DNA of 64,000 nucleotides from a virus (IMGVR_UViG_3300042275_000327:32001-96000), one strand, 5' to 3'. Positions 48,778-58,107 are shown, counted from the stretch's first letter. A program made the numbers and translations. The notes: a model not told the origin generated them from the sequence alone.

Positions 48778-49347
48778 TTATAAATAGTGCTTTTTTATAG
48801 AATTTGAAAAGTTAAAAAATAACTTATAAAGATCTATAGGAGATAGATTATTATTTGGTCCATAAACATCTAATAAATATGAAAGAGATTTTTGAACTTG
48901 CAAAGAATCTATAAATCTATATTTGAACTCATCAAAAAATTTATCAAGATCTCTATCTTGAGGACCTTTCATCTGTCCTATATATTCTTTTAGATCTTTT
49001 TCTAAAACTTGAATCTTATCACCCTTCTCCAAAATGATTTTCTTTCCATCTTGTTCAATTACTACTTCTTCTTGAATTTCAATTATAGAATCATGTATAG
49101 AGAAGCTTTCTTCTTTAATTCCAAAATTTTTTTGAATAGAATCCCAGATATCTTTATGCTGCTTTTTCAACTTTGTATAGATAGGTCTATCACCTGTTTT
49201 TCCACTCTTTAAAGTAGAAGCCACCTTTTCAAAATCTTCAGGTGAGACAAAAGAGTAGCTACTCATCCAAGACCCTTCATCTTCTCCGTTATATTTAATT
49301 TTTTTAGAATCTCTAGCAGTATAGATTCCAGGTTTAAATTGATCCAT
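48778..49347 (-). CDS. Modular hypothetical protein with central EKGDKI motif
   Basis: IQEEVVIEQDGKKIILEKGDKIQV; AAGGAG RBS. Confidence 0.7.
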   Translation of the reverse strand: MDQFKPGIYTARDSKKIKYNGEDEGSWMSSYSFVSPEDFEKVASTLKSGKTGDRPIYTKLKKQHKDIWDSIQKNFGIKEESFSIHDSIIEIQEEVVIEQDGKKIILEKGDKIQVLEKDLKEYIGQMKGPQDRDLDKFFDEFKYRFIDSLQVQKSLSYLLDVYGPNNNLSPIDLYKLFFNFSNSIKKHYL

Positions 49348-49382
49348 TATGATCTCCTTTTTAGATTACAGTATGAGTTATA

Positions 49383-49395
49383 TATTTAAATAGTT
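49383..49395 (-). promoter_or_regulatory. Late promoter motif copy (variant) overlapping end of KdsC-like gene
   Basis: Minus strand AACTATTTAAATA upstream of 49347. Confidence 0.45.
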
Positions 49396-49859
49396 ATAAT
49401 CTTCTCAATAACTTCTCGAACACATCCCTTTCCACTTTCCAAATTTGTTCTCTTGACTCTTTCAAAATCTTTATTTACATACAGATCAATAATAGAGTTT
49501 TTTGGACAATAAGAAATTCCAGCTTCGAGAAGACACTGAAGATCAGAAAAGTCATCCCCAATATAAGCTGCTTCAGACCAAGAGAGATTTTTAGACTTCA
49601 AAAACTCAGAGATAGTGATGAACTTATCCTCTGAGTTTAGGAAATGGTCAATCTTTAATTTTATTGCTCTTTCTAGATGAGTCTGACAATTTTTCTCTTT
49701 AGTAATCCATACAGTTAGAATTCCTTTTTCTTTTAGTCTTGAAAAACCTTCTCCATCTATCTTAGAATACTGGATCATTGAATCACCAGAAGTACTCATG
49801 TAGATGTTTCCATCTGTCAATGTTCCATCAATGTCACAAATAAGAACTTTTATTTTCAA
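49386..49859 (-). CDS. KdsC/YrbI-family HAD phosphatase
   Basis: CDIDGTLTDG, AAYIGDDFSD, GKGCVREVIE. Confidence 0.9.
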   Translation of the reverse strand: MKIKVLICDIDGTLTDGNIYMSTSGDSMIQYSKIDGEGFSRLKEKGILTVWITKEKNCQTHLERAIKLKIDHFLNSEDKFITISEFLKSKNLSWSEAAYIGDDFSDLQCLLEAGISYCPKNSIIDLYVNKDFERVKRTNLESGKGCVREVIEKIITI

Positions 49860-50539
49860 AATATACTCCTCATGATAGACTCTATTATTCTGAAGTCTTC
49901 TTCTGTATCAATCTCCAGAATAGTCTCTTTTGACATCTCAAAGATTCCACAAGGAGGAATAATCCTACATTTGCTATTTCTCCAAGACTGAATAGAATTA
50001 TAATAGAACATTCCATTTTCTACTAAATATTCTTTCTTGATCTTTAGATCTTGTCTTCTACTTCTGTTGAGAGGATTATAGTTTTTTGGAAGCCCTGTTC
50101 TATCCCAGATAAATCTATCTGACATACTCACAACAGACAAAGAGGATTCTTCAGGAGTAACTTTAGCATAGTTGATAAACTCATCAACATCTTCAGAAGT
50201 TACAATAGGAGAAGTGAGCTGTGCTAAAAGAATAGATCCTTCTAATTGAGGATTAGATTCTAGAAATTCAATAACAGCAGATTCTGTGGAGGAATCATCA
50301 CTAGAGTTCTCTTTTGACCTGTAAACAATCTCAGCTTTAGGGCAGTATGTTCTGACAAGCTTAGCATATTCATTAGAATCTGTAGAAACAATTACTCTAT
50401 CAATCTCTACTGACTCTAACAAAGCTGAGATCATCCAATAGAACAAAGGCATTGAGTTTATCTCTTTGATATTCTTATCAATAATTCCTTTACTGCCACT
50501 TCTCATAGGAACAAATGCAATCACTTTCTCTTTTGTCAT
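49856..50539 (-). CDS. neuA: Acylneuraminate cytidylyltransferase (CMP-nonulosonic acid synthetase)
   Basis: PMRSGSKGIIDKNIK, VSTDS, QLTSP, RRQD, ENGMFY, EIDTEEDF; likely start MTKEK. Confidence 0.9.
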   Translation of the reverse strand: MTKEKVIAFVPMRSGSKGIIDKNIKEINSMPLFYWMISALLESVEIDRVIVSTDSNEYAKLVRTYCPKAEIVYRSKENSSDDSSTESAVIEFLESNPQLEGSILLAQLTSPIVTSEDVDEFINYAKVTPEESSLSVVSMSDRFIWDRTGLPKNYNPLNRSRRQDLKIKKEYLVENGMFYYNSIQSWRNSKCRIIPPCGIFEMSKETILEIDTEEDFRIIESIMRSIF

Positions 50540-51081
50540 CTTTTTACAAATCCCCAACTAGTGTCTTTGCCTAGAATCTCTGGTTCTCCAAGAACTTCTC
50601 TCACTGCTTTCATTGTTCCAGGAAAAGCTTCTTGAAAATCATGTCCTGCAATAATTCCTCCCTTTTTTACTTTTGGGAGCCAATTCAGGATATCTTTTTT
50701 AACATCTTCATATTGATGAACAGCATCTATATATACCATAGTAAGACTTTCATCCTCAAATAATTTACATGCTTCATCTCCAGTCATTTTCATCTTATGA
50801 ATATTGTCATATTTCTCTTTCATAGAATCAAATTGACTCTCAACAATATTCATATCATATTTATAACTAGAAGCATCAGAATCATCATAACCATTCATCC
50901 AAGGGTCAATAGCATAGACAATGAAGAAGTTATTAGAAAAAATCTCTGTAGAGTCTCCTACATAACATCCAATTTCTGCAATCTTATGAGTACAAAATAG
51001 AGAATTCCTCTGACACTCATTAATAAACTCTATCAATCCACTTTTTGCATTCTTTGCCTTTCTAATACTAATTTTTTCCAT
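50536..51081 (-). CDS. Class I SAM-dependent methyltransferase (Methyltransf_24-like)
   Basis: AEIGCYVGDS, AIDPW, VYIDAVHQYEDVKKDI, GGIIAGHDF. Confidence 0.85.
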   Translation of the reverse strand: MEKISIRKAKNAKSGLIEFINECQRNSLFCTHKIAEIGCYVGDSTEIFSNNFFIVYAIDPWMNGYDDSDASSYKYDMNIVESQFDSMKEKYDNIHKMKMTGDEACKLFEDESLTMVYIDAVHQYEDVKKDILNWLPKVKKGGIIAGHDFQEAFPGTMKAVREVLGEPEILGKDTSWGFVKR

Positions 51082-53206
51082 ATGCTACCTCTTCCATTTT
51101 TTTCTTACTGATAGGATCTATTGTTACTCTTGGATCTTTTGCAAAGTCTAGAATCAGTCTAGTATCTCTATATTTATCATGAAGACTAAGAGGTTTTCCA
51201 ATTCTATTTTTTCTCTGTCTTAGAGTAAATTCAGGAAGATAGCCTTCTATATATTCCTCATTTTTTCCATCAGTAATATCTGGAATATTAGCATAAGCAT
51301 CTACACCTGTAATAAAGAGACTCTTAATATCAAAGAATAAAAGATCATTGATAAGTCTTGTTCCAATAAATAATGTTGGACAAGGAATATCTTTGAGTCT
51401 GTTTGGAATATTTCTCCATCTAAATGGTAACTCTTCTTTTGGAATACTGTTCATGAGCTTACAAATATATTGAAGATCTCTCTTAGCCCATTCATTTGTT
51501 CTCCATTCATTGAAATCATCACGCTCATATGTAACATTGACATAGAGAACATCAGTTCTTGATCCAAAATCTTTCTCAAGAGAAGGATCAGAAATCAGTG
51601 AATTCAACATATTATTTGTTCTTACAACAATATCAAAAGAGTCTATAAACTCTCCTAGTTCTCTACCTTTTAGAATTGGAGATGGACCAACAAAGATAAC
51701 TTTCTTATTATAAAGAAAACTATAGAATTCATCCTCTGAAGAAGAATTTGGATATCTCTTAGAAAATTTAGAATCAATGTTGATGTAAAAAAGCCATGTA
51801 TCATCTCTATCAGATGTTAGTGGTTTTGTCTTTAGAAGTGTAATCAGTTTTCCACAAGTTGAAGACATATGATAAGAAACACCCTTACCATAAATAGATC
51901 CACCTGTTTCTGAGATATCTTGAATAAAAGATTTGAGCTCTTCTAATGAGAAAACCTTATCTTCTAAATTCTTATGTATGAGTCCCTTCTTTCTTTTTGA
52001 CTTAAGATTCCAAAGATCATAAACATCCTTATATATAACATCATTTCTTGACTCTTCCTGCCAAGGTTTTACTCCAACAAAATGTAGAAGAACAGAATCA
52101 TCATAGATATTCTTAAAACTCTTTGACAGGAACATTCTTTTTTCAACATTGAACTTCTTTGGAAGATAAGTCAAATAATTATTTTCTTTTAGAAAAAACA
52201 AGTTGATGATTTCTTGATCTGGGAGGTAGAATCCTTTAGAACAATAGGAAACAAGAGTATCATAGATAGAATAAGACAACATCTTTAAATCTAAAACCAT
52301 CACACCAGAATTTATCTCATTTGAAAGAATATCTTTTTGAGATTTATACTGTCGACAAGCCCCAAGAATCTTACTTTGAAGAGATATATAAGTCAGCTCT
52401 TCCAAAGAACCTCTTACAAGAATATCCATATCTACAAAGATGGCCCTCTCCATATAAGACTTATACAAAGAGGGATTGAAGAATTCTAATTTGTAGTATG
52501 TAGAAAGTAATCTTGATTCAGTTGATTCTATAGAAAAAGAATAAGACTCCTTACTAAAAGTCTTAAAGATGAGATTTGAATAAATATTCTTCATCTCTTC
52601 TTTAGTAGCATCACTGAGCCCATTATCAAGTATGATAAATGTGTAAGAAAAATCTGGATCAGTCTCTTTCAAAGATCGGAAAAACCCTTTAAATCCTAAG
52701 AAAAAATTATCATCCATCAGAGTTACAAAAACAGTCTCTCTTTTCTTTTCAGGATATCTGAGAAATAATTTTTTCTTTGAATCAAAACGAGAATCTTCTA
52801 GTATGCTATCATATTGCTTTTTAAAATTAGATCCTTCAAGAGAGTGATTCTGATAGATATCCTCTCCACCAAAATCAAATCCATACAAATAAATTTCATC
52901 ATAGTCTTCTAATAGAGCATCTAATATAGCCTGATTGCCAGAACTCCATCCTCTGTCTTCCTTAAATTGTGAGATCCCTGGCAAACCTTCTCTTCCTACT
53001 AGTATAATCTTATTACTCTCTATGAAGGATTCATCCTGGAAGCTCTGCAGTACCTCTGAGTGAACACTGTAAACTCTTTTAATAGTAGGAAATTTATTGA
53101 TCTCGTAGATACCTTTATTACAGACCCAAATCTCTTCAAACTCAGAGATCTCTTCTTCTAGATATTTTCTAGATATTCCATTCCCTACTATTGCAAGTTC
53201 TTTCAT
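51068..53206 (-). CDS. Three-domain glycosyltransferase: Maf/GT29-like, GT8, GT29 sialyltransferase-like
   Basis: IVGNGIS...SSG...LYGFD; YYKL...DMD...INSGV...DQ...HFVGVKPW; VGPSPILKGRELGEFIDSFDIVVRTN...DFGSRTD. Confidence 0.85.
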   Translation of the reverse strand: MKELAIVGNGISRKYLEEEISEFEEIWVCNKGIYEINKFPTIKRVYSVHSEVLQSFQDESFIESNKIILVGREGLPGISQFKEDRGWSSGNQAILDALLEDYDEIYLYGFDFGGEDIYQNHSLEGSNFKKQYDSILEDSRFDSKKKLFLRYPEKKRETVFVTLMDDNFFLGFKGFFRSLKETDPDFSYTFIILDNGLSDATKEEMKNIYSNLIFKTFSKESYSFSIESTESRLLSTYYKLEFFNPSLYKSYMERAIFVDMDILVRGSLEELTYISLQSKILGACRQYKSQKDILSNEINSGVMVLDLKMLSYSIYDTLVSYCSKGFYLPDQEIINLFFLKENNYLTYLPKKFNVEKRMFLSKSFKNIYDDSVLLHFVGVKPWQEESRNDVIYKDVYDLWNLKSKRKKGLIHKNLEDKVFSLEELKSFIQDISETGGSIYGKGVSYHMSSTCGKLITLLKTKPLTSDRDDTWLFYINIDSKFSKRYPNSSSEDEFYSFLYNKKVIFVGPSPILKGRELGEFIDSFDIVVRTNNMLNSLISDPSLEKDFGSRTDVLYVNVTYERDDFNEWRTNEWAKRDLQYICKLMNSIPKEELPFRWRNIPNRLKDIPCPTLFIGTRLINDLLFFDIKSLFITGVDAYANIPDITDGKNEEYIEGYLPEFTLRQRKNRIGKPLSLHDKYRDTRLILDFAKDPRVTIDPISKKKMEEVAYGKN

Positions 53207-53712
53207 TTTGTCAGAACCTTATAAAGAAGATAGTCTTCAAAATCTAAAGTCTGATCTTCAGAAACAGGACTTTCAGAGAACTCATCTATGTAAGAATCAA
53301 ATTCTTTTCCTTTCACTGTTGTCTTCTTTCCTAGTGGATCTGTCACAAAAGCTCTTTTAGAGGTGATATCTAACTCTATTTTAGAACCATTCATCTTCTC
53401 TTTCTTTACAAAAGCCTTTATCTTCTTTGAACTTTCTTCTTCATTCATAGATTTCTTTACAAATTCAGTTGACTCGTAGAAATTCAAAAAAATCTTTTTG
53501 TATTGAGGAGCTATAGCAATCTTTTCCAAAAGCTTCTTTTCTGCTTTTCTGACCAGAAGATCAAAAGTATTATCTGATACAATAACATCTCCTGTATCTC
53601 CAAAAATAAGTTGATACTCAAAAGTCTCTTCTGAAAAAACAATCTGGTATACTCTGCTATCTGATTCTAGATATGGAACGTTGTCATAAGCTCTACTGAT
53701 ATGAAATGTCAT
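53203..53712 (-). CDS. Hypothetical protein, first gene of the glycosylation operon
   Basis: AGGAG RBS; ATGA-coupled to the glycosyltransferase. Confidence 0.7.
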   Translation of the reverse strand: MTFHISRAYDNVPYLESDSRVYQIVFSEETFEYQLIFGDTGDVIVSDNTFDLLVRKAEKKLLEKIAIAPQYKKIFLNFYESTEFVKKSMNEEESSKKIKAFVKKEKMNGSKIELDITSKRAFVTDPLGKKTTVKGKEFDSYIDEFSESPVSEDQTLDFEDYLLYKVLTK

Positions 53713-53737
53713 AATTATTCTCCTATTAAAATATTAC

Positions 53738-53750
53738 TAATAAAATAGTT
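53738..53750 (-). promoter_or_regulatory. Late promoter motif copy heading the glycosylation operon
   Basis: Minus strand AACTATTTTATTA, perfect consensus. Confidence 0.65.
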
Positions 53751-55619
53751 CTAGATTGCTGAAAGATTGAAAGCTCTACCTTCCAAGAAGTCCTTTCTAG
53801 AGCCACTCTCTCCACTGGACATCCACTCTTTTATTATCTTTTCACTATCTGATGTTCTCTCAAATTGTACAAGAAAATCTTCCATTGTACCAACTTTCTC
53901 AATAATCTTTTTTAGAACTTCTGGTTCAAAAGATCCTAATCCCTTGTAATAATCTATTCTATGAAATTTTGTTTTTGAACTCTTCATATAATCATCAATA
54001 TTAAAAAACCATTCTATGGGATCATCCTTCTTATTAAAAGCAACAAGAAGAGGTGTGTTCATAAAACATATCCTTCCATCCTCGATCATTTTAGGAGTAA
54101 ATTTATGGAAGAAAGTCAAGAGCAAAGATCTGATGTGGATCCCATCCATATCCTGGTCCGACAAAAAAACAACCTTATCATACTCCATATCTGTATTTTT
54201 ATCAAGAAGATCCAGGTTTAGAATATCTACAATATCCTTGAACTCTTTATTTTTGATCATTTTAGATACTGGAACATTGAAAGTATTCAATGGTTTTCCT
54301 CTAAGAGAATAGTAAGCAATGTCTCTTCTACCAAGAATATTCCACATTGAACTTGTTGCAGAATAACCTTCTGTAAGCATCAAATATTTCTTATCCCCAA
54401 TGGGAGGAAAATATGATTCACTAGAGACTTTCTTCTTAGAATTTGAAAGATTTTTCAGAGCTTGTTTCTTTTTGAATTCTTCTTTTAGCTTGAACATCTC
54501 AACAATAGGCTCTAGAATCAGTTCATTCTTTTGTAGTCTCTTAGTCATAGCAAGAAAATCATCATTAGAAAGATCAAGGTATTTTCTTATTTCAGCAACA
54601 GAATTTGTGAGAGTCTCTTTGGTCTGAGAATCAAATTGCATAGATGGAAAATCATTGAAGAAGACAACAATAGAAAGTTTATTCTTAATATCTCCAGGCT
54701 TGATGGTCTTGAATTTTTTTACTAAAAGATCTCTTAGCTTATAAGAAAACTCATTGGAAATAAGATCTACATGAGTTCCCCCTCTCTTTAAATAAAGACC
54801 ATTCACATAAGAGAAAAAAGAAAAGTCTTCTTCCTCATTAGGATAAATCCCTATGAACCATTTATCTCCTGTGAATAGCTCAAATGTTTCTGAAAACATA
54901 GACATAAATTGTTTTGAATTACCAATCGATACTCTCTTGTCATTAAAGTAAAACTTAATTTTTGGAAAGGAGTATGAAAGAAACAATATTCTCTGGTAGA
55001 TCATATTGATGTGATCTTTATCTATCTCAGACAATCCAAAACGCTCCAGGTCAGGCTGAAAATGTACTTTAGTATAATTACTTGAATTCTTTCTTATCGA
55101 GTGCTCTGTAGTCTCCATATTATCTTTGCAAGTCAGAGATAACTTATTCTTACCATCACTAGTCTCAGCTTCGAACAACTTGGAAAAAATATTAGTTGCT
55201 TTGATTCCAATTCCATGAGTACCAATAGAAGATGTTCCCTCATCTACTTTATCAAAATTACTTCCTGCTCTAGCATTACAAAATGCCATGATAGGCATAT
55301 ATTCTTTTGTCTCTTTAGATCTTGTTACAGGAATTCCTCTACCGTTGTCTTCAATTGTAACATCTTTTTCAGAAATTGAAATTCGTATTTTATTTCCGAA
55401 CTTAAAATTTGTCTTAACTGCTTCATCCAAAGAGTTATCAATTGCTTCATTGATGATCTTCAAAAGTGCAGGAACATACTTGACTTTTTCTTTTTGAAAT
55501 TTTCCATCTTTCAGTATCATCTCATCTGATTCAGAGAGTGACATTGATCCTAGATACATTCCAGGTAATAAAAGAATATGGCTTCTAGCATCTAATTCTT
55601 TAATAAGTGCTTGTTTCAT
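53751..55619 (-). CDS. Type IIA DNA topoisomerase large subunit (gp39+60 / GyrB-like)
   Basis: PGMYLGS, EAIDN, DNGRGIP, GTHGIG, TEGYSA, LRGKPLN, DQDMDG, YYKGLG. Confidence 0.95.
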   Translation of the reverse strand: MKQALIKELDARSHILLLPGMYLGSMSLSESDEMILKDGKFQKEKVKYVPALLKIINEAIDNSLDEAVKTNFKFGNKIRISISEKDVTIEDNGRGIPVTRSKETKEYMPIMAFCNARAGSNFDKVDEGTSSIGTHGIGIKATNIFSKLFEAETSDGKNKLSLTCKDNMETTEHSIRKNSSNYTKVHFQPDLERFGLSEIDKDHINMIYQRILFLSYSFPKIKFYFNDKRVSIGNSKQFMSMFSETFELFTGDKWFIGIYPNEEEDFSFFSYVNGLYLKRGGTHVDLISNEFSYKLRDLLVKKFKTIKPGDIKNKLSIVVFFNDFPSMQFDSQTKETLTNSVAEIRKYLDLSNDDFLAMTKRLQKNELILEPIVEMFKLKEEFKKKQALKNLSNSKKKVSSESYFPPIGDKKYLMLTEGYSATSSMWNILGRRDIAYYSLRGKPLNTFNVPVSKMIKNKEFKDIVDILNLDLLDKNTDMEYDKVVFLSDQDMDGIHIRSLLLTFFHKFTPKMIEDGRICFMNTPLLVAFNKKDDPIEWFFNIDDYMKSSKTKFHRIDYYKGLGSFEPEVLKKIIEKVGTMEDFLVQFERTSDSEKIIKEWMSSGESGSRKDFLEGRAFNLSAI

Positions 55620-55631
55620 CTTTACTCCAAT

Positions 55632-56249
55632 CTATACAATCGCATTTGAATAAATAGTAGTCAACTCATTCTTAGTTGATCTAATGAATTTATACACTTT
55701 CATATAATTCATTTTCATTCTTTCTGAGATATCTTTCACAGACACATCCTCCATATACATCTGAAGAATTTGTCTTTTCTTTTCTGGTTGCTCACTGACA
55801 TATTTTTGTACAATGCTTGATACAACTTTAGTTTTCAATTGATCATCAAAATCAATAGCTGTCTTGGAATTAAATGCTTTTTTCAATCCTGAGGTTGATT
55901 CATCTACTTCATCCTTCGATTCCATAGAGGAAAGATAGATTGGAATTCCCATGTGAGCAAGTTCTCTTTGATTTTTGTTCTTAATCTTCAGAAGAAAAAA
56001 ATAGAAGCTTGTTCCAAAATTGGACTCTGAATTTTCCATCTTTTCAAGATCAATGTATTCGATACAATCTATAAAAGAAAAGAAAGCTTCTTGTTTATAG
56101 TCCTCAAGAGAGAGTCCAATATCATTGAAGAATTTTGCATTCTTGAAAAAAGAAGAAGCTACTTTTGCTTGGTATTTTTCCCAAAGCAAATTTCTGATTT
56201 CAAGATCATTTTCATTTTTGATTCTTTTGAGCATTTCTAAGTCGGTCAT
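55632..56249 (-). CDS. Sigma-70-like phage sigma factor
   Basis: EDYKQEAFFSFIDCIEYID region 2-like; C-terminal HTH SVKDISERMKM. Confidence 0.7.
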   Translation of the reverse strand: MTDLEMLKRIKNENDLEIRNLLWEKYQAKVASSFFKNAKFFNDIGLSLEDYKQEAFFSFIDCIEYIDLEKMENSESNFGTSFYFFLLKIKNKNQRELAHMGIPIYLSSMESKDEVDESTSGLKKAFNSKTAIDFDDQLKTKVVSSIVQKYVSEQPEKKRQILQMYMEDVSVKDISERMKMNYMKVYKFIRSTKNELTTIYSNAIV

Positions 56250-56300
56250 ATTTGTCCTCCACAGCAGATTATATATTTAACTATATACTAGATCTTGAAA

Positions 56301-57605
56301 TTAGTAAACCAAAATTTTACATCTAGTCAAAACAGTTTGCTTTTGTTCTTTAAAGATTTCAAGATTTTTGATTGTCCCTTTAAGAGTAACATCCATTCCT
56401 TCATTCTTCAACTTTTCATTGTAAGCAATCATCTTCTCAACTAATTCCTGATAATCAAATTCTCCCTTTTTCTCTAGATCTTTGGATGCCATCTCTTCAG
56501 AGAGATCCTTTGAGGAGAACCATTTAGCAAGTCCTCTTTCTGTCTCAATCTGATAAAGATAAGTGATTCCATCTTGTCCATATCCATAATTTGTATTGAA
56601 ACTGTTGATAAGCTTTATGTTTCCTGTGATGGTTATCTTATCTTTGATCTCTCCAAGAAACTCTGAATTATTCTTGTCCTCTTTGACTAATGAATCTTTA
56701 ATTGCCATATTCAAAGCTTTCCAGAAAGCCCAGCAGACAATTCCAAGATTCTTTGAAGGAACCTTCATATTGAATTCTGAGTTTGAATAGAGATTAGAGA
56801 AGATATTGAATTCAAAATCATTTGTATAACCTTTTTTGATATCCCAGAACTTCTTGATTGTCTCAATCTGCTTCTCTACATTTTTGGAGTTTCTCTGAAT
56901 GTCTTTCCTAATTTCTTCTCTATTTCCTACACTGAAAATGATATTCTTAACAAGACTAGAAGTACCTTCTTCTCCTTTCTCCCAATTTCTTGAAAAATCA
57001 TTGGTTACACTACTGAGAATTCCTAAGACTTCTTTCACTGAGATGTAGCTATTAGAAGTGAAGAATCTATTTCTAAGGAGTTCTCTCTCTTCTTCATCTA
57101 GATCTGAAAAATCAAGTGTAGTCTCATTGATTCTGAGAGCTTTAGTCTCAGCTTCAAAAGCTCCGAGGATCCCCTCAAGAGGAATACCAAAATACTCAAG
57201 AACACAAGTTGATCCAATCTGCTTGATCTGTCCCTCATCCTCAAAGAAGAACCACTTCTTCCTATCCCTAGAAGTATGACAATGATCACAGACTGAGCCT
57301 TTTTTGTAGAGCTTATGAATATCATATCTGTCAGTATTTGAATAAATCATAGGAACTCCACTATTGTAAGATAGAGTTCCTAAAAATTCTACATTCTCTT
57401 TTCCATTAGTCTCAGGAATTTCAAGAAAGTATTCTACTACTGGAAAATTAACATTAACTGTAGCTGTCTCAAGAAGTTGAAAACCTTTTTTATGAGAGAT
57501 AACTCTAATCTCTGAATCATACTTCTGGAGTTTCTTATTCAGAGAAGTCATCTTCTTCTGAAACTTTTTGAGATCTTCTTCTAGAATTACAAGGTTCATA
57601 ATCAT
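56301..57605 (-). CDS. Early protein with zinc finger and C-terminal OB-like domain
   Basis: CDHC...R.RK...QIGSTC; terminal KQTVLTRCK. Confidence 0.65.
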   Translation of the reverse strand: MIMNLVILEEDLKKFQKKMTSLNKKLQKYDSEIRVISHKKGFQLLETATVNVNFPVVEYFLEIPETNGKENVEFLGTLSYNSGVPMIYSNTDRYDIHKLYKKGSVCDHCHTSRDRKKWFFFEDEGQIKQIGSTCVLEYFGIPLEGILGAFEAETKALRINETTLDFSDLDEEERELLRNRFFTSNSYISVKEVLGILSSVTNDFSRNWEKGEEGTSSLVKNIIFSVGNREEIRKDIQRNSKNVEKQIETIKKFWDIKKGYTNDFEFNIFSNLYSNSEFNMKVPSKNLGIVCWAFWKALNMAIKDSLVKEDKNNSEFLGEIKDKITITGNIKLINSFNTNYGYGQDGITYLYQIETERGLAKWFSSKDLSEEMASKDLEKKGEFDYQELVEKMIAYNEKLKNEGMDVTLKGTIKNLEIFKEQKQTVLTRCKILVY

Positions 57606-57627
57606 CTTTGATTCTCCTTACATTAAT

Positions 57628-57656
57628 ATACTATACTATTTTCTTACTAATGTAAA
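57628..57656 (-). promoter_or_regulatory. Host sigma70-type early promoter
   Basis: TTTACA-N17-TAGTAT upstream of AAGGAG RBS. Confidence 0.65.
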
Positions 57657-57666
57657 TAGAAAAAAT

Positions 57667-58107
57667 TTATTTTTTTCCTGTTGATCCAAAACCTCCAGAT
57701 CCTCTCTCAGTTTCTTCAAGGGATTCTACCTCAACAAAAGCAGTTTCCTGTGTGTATGTTCTGCAGATAACTAACTGAGCAACTCTATCACCAACATCAA
57801 CATAAAAAGGTTTGTCAGAGGAATTAAAAAGAATTACTCCTATCTCCCCACGATAATCACAGTCGAGAGTCCCAGGACTGTTCAGAACCATTATTCCTTT
57901 TTTAAGAGCCAATCCAGACCTAGATCTAATCTGCCCTTCATATCCTTCTGGAATCTTCACATGAAGACCAGTCTTCACAAGAACAGCTTTTCCTGGACTG
58001 ATCTTATGGACATTATTACTTCTGAGATCAATTCCAGAGGAACCAGAAGTCTCTGGTTTCAACTCAAATTTCTGACTTGTACTGTCAAAATAATACTTTA
58101 CTTCCAT
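57667..58107 (-). CDS. dut: Trimeric dUTPase
   Basis: SGIDL, RSRSGLA, GTLDCDYRGEI, GDRVAQL, RGSGGFGSTG. Confidence 0.95.
   Translation of the reverse strand: MEVKYYFDSTSQKFELKPETSGSSGIDLRSNNVHKISPGKAVLVKTGLHVKIPEGYEGQIRSRSGLALKKGIMVLNSPGTLDCDYRGEIGVILFNSSDKPFYVDVGDRVAQLVICRTYTQETAFVEVESLEETERGSGGFGSTGKK

Noticed and set aside
49386-53206. Glycosylation operon as a DNA hypermodification system
   Set aside because: Not excluded but disfavoured: no hydroxymethylase or nucleotide kinase in the window, and the operon follows the late structural promoter motif
56279-56291. Plus-strand AACTATATACTAG upstream of the sigma gene as an antisense late promoter
   Set aside because: Spacing is one base off the consensus and AT-rich DNA yields such matches by chance
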